Assembly (NCBI GenBank): GCA_000708835.1
Contig: DF237765.1
Span: forward strand, 1-32,100
Direction: 5' to 3'
Length of the DNA stretch: 32,100 nucleotides
Origin: Klebsormidium nitens
Taxonomy: Eukaryota; Plantae; Klebsormidiophyceae
Both the position numbers and the translations under genes were made by a program. Of this stretch, positions 10,017 through 20,600 are shown piece by piece. How positions within the stretch are numbered: position 1 is the first letter of the stretch; each line of letters starts with the position of its first letter. The notes beneath the pieces are model-generated. The model did not search any database. It was not told where the DNA came from and was given only the letters and a program-made list of their open reading frames with translations.

Positions 10017-11037
10017 TTAAGCACCAGAGAAATTTATCTTTTCGCCATTTGGCAGGTAATGCTTTTCGTAAGTGGTCATCTGGATCGAAGACGAATGCAG
10101 CATTTTTTTTGCCAGCTCGTCCCTCTCGGCAATGCTGGGTGCATCTTTGAATGTATTTGAAATACATATTTTCCGTAAAAGGCAAGATCCGACGTTCGCG
10201 TCCGGAAAGATCTTAGAGCAAAACTTTGTCAGGTAGTTTCGAGACATTGGCGCATCAGGAGAGCGCATTCTGCTGAGGAGATAAGCCCTTGGAAACACCT
10301 CCAGACTTTCCGAAATGACATTGTTGGTACGAGTTGGCAGATCGATGGTTTTTTCGCCGTAGGTTTTTACCGTCTTGTAGTCTTTTAGCACGATTTGGAA
10401 GCGGCCTTTCTCGTATTCGAAAAGGTAATTACCAGTTCCGGCCATCAAGGCTTTTGCAGCAGAGTCGTCGTAGCAAACAATTGGCAGCTCGCTGTAGTCA
10501 TTTCTCACAGCTGGTGAATAGGTATAGAGACACAACACCAAGTGCCGGATTAGGGTAACCTTGTCTAGAACGGTCAATTGTTCTGCATGGCTTTTTAGGT
10601 AGAATGTAACGGTTCACTCGTCGTTGCAGCTCCACCCGCCTTTCGTTGATCTGTTCAAGCGATCTCCAGTTCTTATATTCCGATTCCGAGAGAACTTGCG
10701 GCGGAGGTCTGGCATTTTCCATCACTTCGCGAACCGATTGGTACCGTTTAAAGTAAGTTTGGTAGAGTTCAGTGTTTTGGTCGGATTTCAACTCCTTTTT
10801 GACAATGACGAGAATGGGGGTTATGCATGTTGCCTGCATGCTCGGCTTTTCCTCATATGTGTTTGCCAAATAGCCGATTATCCGGTTTGTATCCTTGAGC
10901 CACTCGAAACTCGACATATCAGCATCTTGACCGTTCAGTCCTTTGTACAGACGTGCAATATGACTGCAGTATTGGTTAACGGTCACCGGTTTCCGGGTGC
11001 CATCGTCAAAGACTTTCTGAAGAAGGTCTTGCGTCAT
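10017..11037 (-). CDS. Tyrosine recombinase resembling the OLV11-like family of virophages/Polinton-like viruses; one +1 frameshift near 10587
   Basis: LCLYTYSPAVRNDY (catalytic R), DYKTVKTYG (K), LLRKICIS (R), MLHSSSIQMTTYEK (H and Y). The N-terminal domain carries the ..NWRSLEQI motif. Removing one base at ~10587 fuses ORFs 10498-11037 and 10017-10577 (..KP-AEQLTVLDK..), ~340 aa. Confidence 0.85.
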
Positions 11038-11319
11038 TGGCGTGGTTACAGTGCGTGTCTCAGCCTGAGGCCCCCACTACATTGTCCGGCCGGTTGTCAA
11101 AAAGCGCACTACGATTTGCCCGGGGCCCGCAAGATACGGGGCTGTTCATCCAGCGGGGCCACGTCAAATGTACGGAATTGAACTGGCCAATGAAACAGGG
11201 GTGGTACATATACCACGTGGGTTGGTATAGGACCGCCGGTCCCGTCAGGCTGTGAGTGCCCGGTCACTAATTCAGCGTAACATCGCCTGCAGACACAGCC
11301 AATTCAGCTGCCCGGTGAC

Positions 11320-11477
11320 NNNNNNNNNNNNNNNNNNNNNNNNNNNNNNNNNNNNNNNNNNNNNNNNNNNNNNNNNNNNNNNNNNNNNNNNNNNNNNNNN
11401 NNNNNNNNNNNNNNNNNNNNNNNNNNNNNNNNNNNNNNNNNNNNNNNNNNNNNNNNNNNNNNNNNNNNNNNNNNNNN
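11320..11477. other. Assembly gap (N run)
   Basis: 158 Ns upstream of the recombinase. Confidence 0.95.
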
Positions 11478-12142
11478 GTCTATGCTATATTGAGTAGGCT
11501 GTAAATAATGCCCGGTACGGCCCGCGCGGTAGCCTTCGGCTAGTACCGCCAGCTAGGATAAACCTGCCGACGGTGAATTCTTGTAAACCTTGAATTTTCC
11601 GAGTACACTCGACGGAGAAAGTACTGCCGCAGTGTACAAGTGCAATTCTGACAGACTTGGACTCGGTCCCTATACGTGGCACTCATCGGACGGTGCCAGC
11701 CCCAGCCAGCGGAAAGTTCGGGACCCCGAAATGTACCTAGTTAAAGTGCGCTTTTTGACAACGGGATGGTCAATGTAGTGCCCTGCATACTTGCTTTATC
11801 TAGGTTATGTAGATAAAAATTATGACCAGCAGACGCGTCTTTCTTTTGTGGATAAGTGATTATAGGCGTTTGTATTTTTTGCAAAAGCTTTATCGTGTAA
11901 AAGCTGTTGTAAATTATTTGACAAAAGAGGGGTTCCGGAGGGCCTTTTCAAAGGGACTTTTGTTACAAAAGTGATTATGAGCCAGATAACGTGAATATGG
12001 TTGTACATTTTTCATATATTGAGCACTCTGACGCCATTCATTTTTCTAGAAGGGGCAACGCTCCGTTATTTGTTGCTGATGCCGACCTCTTTGCCGGGTT
12101 CGCAAGCAGTTCGAGGTCAGGTACTTCGGTGTCCTCATTTTT

Positions 12143-12586
12143 TTAGTCATTAGAATAACCTTCAGCTGCCAACTCAAGATCGCGGGTCCTATGAATTGAA
12201 GTGAGGTGCCTCCGTTCTTCAAAGGTATTGGCGCGTACATTTCGAGGCCGGTGTGCCTTCCGTTCTGCCTTTCTGGCGCACTTCAGTGCGCTTCTCCAAT
12301 TAACGTGTACAATGTATATTGAACCATGCAAGCCAGACGTATCCCAAAACGCATGAAACCCTTCCTTTACCAGGGATTTTACAACATTTCTAGTGATATG
12401 GGCGAGATTGTAGGGGTATGTTAACGCTCGTAAGCCAGCTAACATACCTATGTCCAAGTTGATACTCATGGAGCCTAACTCCTGATAGGAACGCATTATA
12501 GCGCACCTCACCGACCTACGTACCTTTTTGTCCATTTCGAGTACTGCAGTTCGGTCCTTCGGTTGATGACGAACGATCGAGTCCAT
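12143..12586 (-). CDS. Hypothetical protein (147 aa), intronless
   Basis: ATG-initiated ORF with globular-looking composition, followed by an AT-rich tract. No family recognised. Confidence 0.5.
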   Translation of the reverse strand: MDSIVRHQPKDRTAVLEMDKKVRRSVRCAIMRSYQELGSMSINLDIGMLAGLRALTYPYNLAHITRNVVKSLVKEGFHAFWDTSGLHGSIYIVHVNWRSALKCARKAERKAHRPRNVRANTFEERRHLTSIHRTRDLELAAEGYSND

Positions 12587-12687
12587 TCGATCCTATTAAT
12601 GTAATATCATAATAAAGCAAATTGTGCCAATTGCTGAGACGAACTGGAACGAAACGTGTGTGAAGGCGCTGAAGGCCTTCGGTGTTA

Positions 12688-13806
12688 CTACTTGTCAAGC
12701 GAGGTGTGGCACCTTCGAAAGGCCTTCGACAATCGGAACCTTCTCTCGAGTTTAACTTCAACCCAAGCCTTCCTTGCTGCATCGAGCAACTCCTTCGAAC
12801 GCTCCATCTGTTCCTCAAACTCAGCGAGTCTCTGTAGGTACACCGTATAATCTGTGACGAGTGCAGCCTCCACGTTCAGCCAAGCCTTCCAAAGCACCCC
12901 CCCTGCTTTCTGAGCGATGAGTCCGGGCTTGAAACGTTGCTCATTCAAAGGCGCAAACAACTCGGTAGCGTAGAGAGCCTGGATCGCTCTGTGAGACCGT
13001 TCCACTTCTCCCTTCTCAATGCCACGTAGCTTGTGGCTGTAGTGCCGTTGAAAGTCCTCTAGATGGTTCGCGCTTCTTCCCTGGTAACATGCAAAATGAG
13101 CACTTGTCAGTGAAATGTACACAGTTATTGCAGCTTCGGATTATGAATAATGACATATGTACACTCAAAGCATCACAATGATCAAAGATGTACACCTTTT
13201 AAGTAGATTGCTTGATTGTTAGGGCTTGACGAAGGATCCAGCTCATCTCACCTCGACCTTGTCTGGATGAAACTTGAGGGACCAAGACGAGTGACTCAGT
13301 TGGATCTCCCCCGAGCCGAACCTCGACTTCACCTCGTTGGGGGTGAATTGAGCGTCCGCTAGAAGCCACGAGATCGGAGGCGGCGTGTACCTCGGTGCTT
13401 CGGGCTCGGGGGGTTCTGGCACGGCAGTCAAGGCAAGAGCGCGGTACTTCGCGATATGGGGAGCGCGAAATATAGCCCGCTCTCTTCTCAAACTCGTCCT
13501 GTACTTCGCGACCGACGCTTGATTGCTTTGCTGCTTCATGCGCCTGGCGGCATCCGGGCTGAGACCTCGCAATCTAGAGACGGGGCGCTCGCTGGGCAAC
13601 TTCGCTGACTCGCAACCGGTCCTTGCAGGGTGGACCTCGAGAGCTTGCTTTGATGCAAAGTCCTTATTGCATGCATCTTCAGATTGTAATGAATGATGCT
13701 CCAGACAAACATAGCGGCCATCCCGCCTTTCCCAATGTTGTACGGCCGCTTCGGGTTCGGTTGGCGGCACAGGGCTTGGAGCATCGATGGGGTCTGCCAT
13801 CGCCAT
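12688..13806 (-). CDS. Two-exon gene: C2H2-like Zn finger + J-domain-like HPD motif + coiled coil
   Basis: Exon 13806-13252 has YVC..CNKDFASKQALEVH and EIQLSHSSWSLKFHPDKVE. Intron 13251-13081 has a GAG|GTGAGA donor, a CTGAC branch point and a TACCAG acceptor. Exon 13080-12688 continues in phase 0 (GRSANHLEDFQRHY..). Confidence 0.65.
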
Positions 13807-13989
13807 CCCCTGGCGACTACTTAAAACTGGTGGTGAAGTACATTCGCCGTTCAACTCCTAAGTCTCTAATACAACCGACGTCTGGCACTGACTGGCACCT
13901 ATTGGCGCCGATTGCGCTTCCTTTGCGCACTCGCCCGGGCCTGCCGAGCTTTTAAAAGGCCGCCAGACGTCCGACCGCACCCATTAGCA

Positions 13990-14350
13990 CATGGTCGCCT
14001 ACACCGTGTCGAAGGCGATGGGTCGGGGTCTGTCCAAGCTGTCCAAGCTTTACGTGCATGAAGTATTTCCATTGTTCGACTTGATGACGACACCAGTCCA
14101 TCAGTCCGTTGTAATTGCTAATGTGGACTCGAGCAGCGGCCTGTTCGGGTTGTCCAAGCTCTGGCGCGAAGTTGTCTGTCATTCCGTTTGCTGACGGCAT
14201 CAATCTGTTGTAACTGACAGCGTCCACTTGGGCAGGGCTGTCCAGGCTGTCCAAGCTTTTGCGCACAATCCGGGAGATGGCCTCGGCATGTGTCCAGGTG
14301 TCCAAGCGTTCTACGGAACTTATTGTGGCCGCGAAATGCTGACGTCACCA
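13990..14350 (-). repeat. TGTCCA/TGACGTCA module array 3' of Rep B (inverted relative to the 22.2-23.0 kb array)
   Basis: Paired (C/G)TGTCCAAG motifs at ~14030, 14150, 14240 and 14295, and GCTGACGTCA at ~14338. Exact reverse-complement matches: 14175-14195 with 22322-22342 (21 nt) and 14094-14117 with 22410-22433 (24 nt). Confidence 0.85.
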
Positions 14351-14680
14351 TAACTAGAAGTTGCAGACTTTAGTGCCGTTGAGCTTAGACATTTCATACG
14401 CTAGATAAGCCACCATTCAACTGTGACGAATGCAGACCTTGATTTTTAGCACGAATGTTTAATAACAGTGATGTTTCTCACAGACGATGTTATATCCAGC
14501 ACCAAGCTTTTCGAAAACACGAACGACCACTGAATCGATGAAGTTGAATGTACACGAACCTACTTCAATAAATACACAATCTAAAATACAATATTAGTGA
14601 GCGCGCCAGCCTGCATGGACAGTCATTCTGAGTCACTACCATGCCTATTGTACAATGGGAGCCTCGAACCCCTATGATAA

Positions 14681-17600
14681 TTAGAATTCATAATTGCACT
14701 TGATTCCTGGATAGTAATACTGCCACGGCGAGTCGTTATTCCTAAGCCTCTTGAATCTCTTCCGTTCCATTCTTCTTTTCAGCTGCTCTTTGGAGACGGC
14801 CTCGGAGGAAAAGCTATTGTAAAGCCCAACAAAATCATTCTCCAAAGTCGAGTGCCCTTCCCCGAACTCGCAGTGCTGGTCGAGAAATAGCTGCAGCTTG
14901 TCCATCTCGCTCAGGTACTCACGTGTCGCGTTCCGCACTGCCTCAGGAGGAAAACCGAGCCCGTTTGCGCTAGCATACCACTCGACGGAGCCGCGGGCTA
15001 TCCACGAAAGGACCTGCCGAAGCGACTCCTCCTCCTTCATGCGATCCTTCAACCCGTCGTCTCGGAGGCGGTGGGTGGCGTTGGTGGGATCGAACTTGTC
15101 CGCGCCCACATAGCTGTTAGGAAACGGCATTACTCGCAAACGGCGTATGACGTTGTCCTGGACTGCGGACGCAGAGATGGTGGGGGGGTAATTCGTCTGA
15201 ACGAAGGGCGTGTGGGTGATGTTGAACTGTACGTTGCGCCCATGGAGAGGGCGCGCCTTCGTCTCGCCCCCTCCGGTCATTCCAAGGACAAGCCCAAGAT
15301 CGACCTGCTCGCCTTCGGCCGTCTCGTCGGTGATGGCGAGCCGCACGCCCATCAGCTCGTAGATGTAGTCCGTAGGCGCGTTCTTGGAGGCGACTCTCTG
15401 GCAGGGAGCCGTGACGACCGCGTCCTTAGACATGAGGCCGTAATAGTCTCCGGTTGCAGCCTGCAGCGTCTCCTTCAGGACCCCTTTCCCGTTTCCTGCA
15501 AAACGACGGAGAAACGAGCTCAACTCAAGATAACAAAGATGATTCAGCAAGCATTCACGCCTTCAGGCACACGGAAGAAAGCTGGTCGGATCGCTGGTCG
15601 TGGTATAATGAGATGCATAATCTGTTGATTTAGAGATCTATCAATGTTTAAGGCCGTCCATCCGCATAGAGCTCCAAACTGGTATATGGGCTCTTTTGGC
15701 AAACGCGATGTGGCCAAGAAGTCGCACAGAACGCTGAGAAGCGAAAAACCGTTGGACGACTAGCTACGAGCGGCCAGGCCTGATGCTACTTGACATCCAA
15801 AAAGCACATCACACACTTTCTGGACGACAAGAATGGAAACAAAACCGAGGCCTGGCTTGAACTCAGCAGCAATCTCCTTCCAAGACTAAGCCCGACAATC
15901 TAGAGACCTTACCTCCCGCTCCGAGCAAGAGCACAAAAATCTCCTCCTGGGTACGGCCGTTCAGGGCCAGCCAAACAGCTTCCGCATGTAGTCCACCAGC
16001 TCGGAGTCGTGGTTGAAGATGTCGCCCAGAAAAGCATCCATGAGAGGGCTTGGGTAGTCGATCCCCTGCAAAGACAGGTTCTTGGTGTTACGGACGGATA
16101 TACAGGCTCCTTGCCTTTTTGCCTCAAAAGCAATGGAGCAGATCGTAGATGCACGTCCTCAGAGTTAAATGTCAGCAAGATTGTAAAGAGCCAAAATCAC
16201 AACGGAAGAAGAATCCAGCGGCAAAGGATGCACGCCAACGCCTTGCTCGTGTCTTTCACAGGCAGCCAAAAGTGCGCGCTTTCACGAGACCGTAAGAGAA
16301 CGAGAAGGTCGTTCAGGGGCTCCCAGCAATCAATAGCGTGCTAGCCAACGAAGTCCTTTTGGAAGCAGCATGGGGTGCTTACCTTGAAGTCCGTCTCCGT
16401 GATCTTGGAGCACATGTATTGGGGCCTGTGCGCATCCAGCTCGCCCGTCCTGAGAAGGAGCACGCCGTTCTTGACGTTCAGGATATCCGGGTTTGCGTCC
16501 AGCTGCTGGGCGAGGTCGTCAGCGGACAACTCCCCCTTAATGAGCTCAAGCGTACTGGACATCTCACGGGTGTTGTTGTAGGTGCGCAGGTGCTTAAGCT
16601 GCAGGAATAGCTCCTCCTTCTTCTCCTCGTCAGTGGTCGCCTTAATCTTTGCGCTCCACTCGTCCCTCACTCGCGCGTACACGATCCTGAGCTGATTGAT
16701 GAGGACGTGCTTCACCAGGAAATCGCTCTCATTTGACACGAAGCGCCGCCCCTCCCAATGCCACCAGCGTTTCCCATCGAACCACAGCCTGCAGAAGGGC
16801 AAGTAGGACGAGTTAACCGAGGCTGGCGAGCACAATTCGGCGTGAGCTCTTGAGAAGCGCGTCCAGAGCTCTGAATGCATCAAGCAATTCTGGTCTACCA
16901 ATCCCCTTCAACTTCCATAGAAAGCCTGCTTAACCTGCACTTATAACCGCACCAAGGAGTCCAGAATAAAGTTCAAAAAAAACTCTCAAGAGATTGAAGC
17001 ACGATGATGACGTCAGCAATATCAGGCCGACGAAATCTTACACCAAACCTTGGACACTTGGACGGACTGCCAAGCCAAGCCCAGTCCGTTGTCCAAATGT
17101 CCAAGCTTCTGCCAAAAGATTCGAGCAAAAATCTGAGCGTGACGTCAACAATATCAGGCCGACGAAATCTTACACCAAACCTTGGACACTTGGACGGACT
17201 GCCAAGCCAAGCCGAGTCCGTTGTCCAAATGTCCAAGCTTCTGCCAAAAGATTCGAGCAAAAGACTGAGGATGACGTCAGCAATATTAGGGGAAATCTTA
17301 CACTAACCCTTGGACACTTGGACAGACTGCCAAGCACCTGAGACCTTCTCAATTGCAGCAAACCTCTTAAAAACAAAAATGGCTCAAAATCACCTTTTCG
17401 CTGTACAAGCGTTGGTAAGAATGATCTAGATGACGGGCGCTCCTACAAAAGCGTTTTATTGCATGTGCCAGACGAAGTTTGCCCACCTGCCACAACTCGT
17501 GTACATGGCAGCAGCAATCTTGCTGCCGCCGACGTCCCCCTCAAATGCCCAGTAGTCCACGAAGTCCTTGTGGAGGGCGTCGATCGCGCTGGCGTCATCA

Positions 17601-20600
17601 GCACGGAAGGCACGAATCTCGCCACCAATCATGGCCTCTGAGCGCGTGAGCTCTCCGATCTTTCGCAAGGGGCGGACCCCCTCGCACTCCGAGCTGTTGC
17701 AGCAATACAGCAGGGCCCTGCCGCGTACCAGCACGCTGAAGTTGTTGGAGCCGTCGTGGTGATTGCCGTTGGGGCAGCGTCGGGGCCCGTCCACCCGAAA
17801 GACGTACATCGGGCCGTTGACGCCCGTCTTGAGGCGATCGAAGCGAGAGGCGGTGTCGCCAGTATCCGCCACGCAGGCCTTGACGCGCTTCAGGATCGCT
17901 GCTGGGGGAGGCTGCTGAGGGTCTTCGACCGGACGAGGGGGTCCGAAAGCTGCGGTCTGGGCCTCGCTACAGAATATAAAAGAGTAAAGCATCACAACGC
18001 TGAAGGAAAGAAAGCAAACATGTCGATGTTCTCACATCATAGATGGAAACTGGGACAGATGAGTCAGGCTACTCCGGGCCCGGCTGTCCACCCACTGATC
18101 GACATATAAAACTACNNNNNNNNNNNNNNNNNNNNNNNNNNNNNNNNNNNNNNNNNNNNNNNNNNNNNNNNNNNNNNNNNNNNNNNNNNNNNNNNNNNNN
18201 NNNNNNNNNNNNNNNNNNNNNNNNNNNNNNNNNNNNNNNNNNNNNNNNNNNNNNNNNNNNNNNNNNNNNNNNNNGACAAGAAATGCCTTTGCTCTAGAGC
18301 TTGGACAACTTGGACAACTCGGAGAGGCCCCGACCCGATCGACGCGATCAACTACAGTGGCTTTTGGCGTCAGCATTTGCGACAAGAATAACTTTGTTCT
18401 AGAGCTCGGACAGCTCGGACAGACCCTGCTCGGACTTCCAGGGGACCGAATCTGAGGATCAAGGACTTGAGAACGTACCCGCCGCGGCGGCCCCCGCCAC
18501 CGTCCTCGCTTGGTGCTTCGTCGCTCTCGTTGTCTGGGGGGGCCCTGAGATTGGAGCGGTCCGGCAGGATCTCTTGGTCCCACTCGTAGCACCGGCACGT
18601 GCCGTCGAGCCCCACGTAGCTGCTGGGAGCGGTGTACAGCATTCCGCCACGCCCGCGCACGTCGATGCCCACCGGTTCGCCCTTGTACCGGATCCGTTTT
18701 CTATTTGCGCAGTTGCGCAGGCCGGCCTCTGCGGACTGCGACAGGGAGAAGAGGACGTGCATGCCCCCGTTGCCGGTGGTCAGGCGGGGCGTGTCCTCCA
18801 GAAAGAGCCCGTGCTCTTCGAGCATACGTTCGACCGCTTGGAAGCCCCCGTCCTTCACGTCGACGTCGACCGCTAGGATGTCGGACGCCTCCGTGACGAT
18901 GGCGATGGTGTTGCGGGACTCTTGGAGGCAGTTCCCGAGGTTGGCCTCGTTCCAGGGCTTGCGGGAGGGCCAGCGACCTGGCACCTTTCGGACTTCACCG
19001 TTCGGAAAGCGTTTCTCCTGGAGATCGTGGGTGAGGGTCACGACGCCGAGCTCGTGGAAGTGATGGGCGGCAGCCAGGATGGGGTCCGGGCTTGGTCCCT
19101 GCAGAAAGAAGAAAGCAATCTCAGATTGATTGCAGATTGATCTACATAATACTCCGAGCGCGATCCGTTCACAGACGCTTGACAATCCGAGTGCCTACAC
19201 TTTCGGACTATGCCCCGCAGCAAATCAGCATGACGTCAACAAGAACGTAGCCCATTTGGTAAAGCCTGGACGCCTGGACAGCCCATCACTTGCCAGACCA
19301 TGAATCGAAATCGGCACTGTCCAAGTTATTCCGAGCTCCACAAACAAACAGCTAAGAGCTTGTGGGATGACGTCAGCAAGACAGCGCCGCGAATACTTTG
19401 GCAAAAAACTTGGACACGTGGACAAACGCACAAAGCCAAAACTTCCACTAAAAGCAAGCCCATCAGGGGCGAACGGCGACAACTCGGGCTGTCCAAGGTG
19501 TCCAAGCTCTAGAGCAAAGTATGTCCGGTTTCAGCTTGCTGACGTCATCAAGTCCTTGCAGCTGCACTCGAGCAGAGTGTGTCCGAAGGGTCCAAGCTGT
19601 TCCACCTTTATTTATGTTCTTTCAGGGCTGGAGTGATGACCTCAGCAGACAAGCTTGAGAGACGGCTCTTCCAGGCGCCGGAATGATGACGTCAGCAAAA
19701 TTTAGCTGCATAAAACTTGCGCCAAACTTTGGACACTTGGACGGACCACCGAGCCCGGACCAGCAAGCCCAGACTGTCTTGAACCGACTTGCAAAAGGCG
19801 AGTTCTGTCAAGTTCGGCCGTGAGTCTTGAGATAGCCTGTACAATGACGTCAGCGGCTGATTCCGGCCAAGCCCGTTGCGTCATCAGCACCAGAGCGCAT
19901 TAAAGGATTACTTCCACGCCCACTTCGCGCACCTGGATTGGCGGCCAAGTGCAGAAGGGTGCTTCGAGCTCCAAATAATGAGATGAGTCAAACCCGAGCC
20001 TACCTGGCGGAAGGGCGTCGGCTCCTGCACCGCAGCGCGGGCGTTGGCGCGCGAAGGAAGTGCTGACGTGGCCGCAGACATGGAGGCATCTCGGACGGAT
20101 GGCCCGGCAGTAGCGGCCGTTGTCGCTGCGACGGGAGCCATCGGTTCGCCGTGCTGGGACACGGCCTGCACAATTTCCAAGTCGATCACATGAGAATAGA
20201 GAAGCCGAAATCAATCATCTCACCCGAGTTAACCGCACAAGAAAAGCAAATAAGACCACAACCGGGCAAGCTCCGATCAGATGTTAGGAAAGGAGACACG
20301 CCGAAGCTGATCGCGCGCGCATCAGCTTTACGAATTCGTGTACATCGTCAAACAATGTCGTGAATGCTTGGGAATGTACACGAAGGGAGGGCAAATATGA
20401 TCGACTGTACACTTTCATACGAATTGCTCAGGCCTCAACTCCGACAAGAATTTGATGCAACTTCCGAAAGACAGTCGACCATGGAAAGTGGGCACACCTG
20501 GCGCGCAAGAGACTCCCTGCGCTCCTGCCCCGAACGAGGGTCGATGCGGCAGATGCTGAAGTACTGGCGCAGCTCCTCGGATTCGCGCTCGTCGTCCCAG

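Larger units (their letters stand above)
5374..11037. mobile_element. Compact element A: iteron origin + primase-helicase + small protein + tyrosine recombinase; no capsid gene recognised; ends not defined
   Basis: Contiguous intronless genes of viral/plasmid type. Coordinates give the minimal span only, and no att site or TSD was identified. Confidence 0.65.

Noticed and set aside
5343-11800. Search for att-like direct repeats bounding element A
   Set aside because: Only short chance-level similarity (TTGTC..CGGTTG) was found, and the right boundary may lie in the 11320-11477 gap.
15071-17341. Plus-strand ORFs 15071-15628, 16009-16344 and repeat-derived ORFs 16973-17341
   Set aside because: They are antisense to Rep B exons or translations of the 132-bp tandem repeat.
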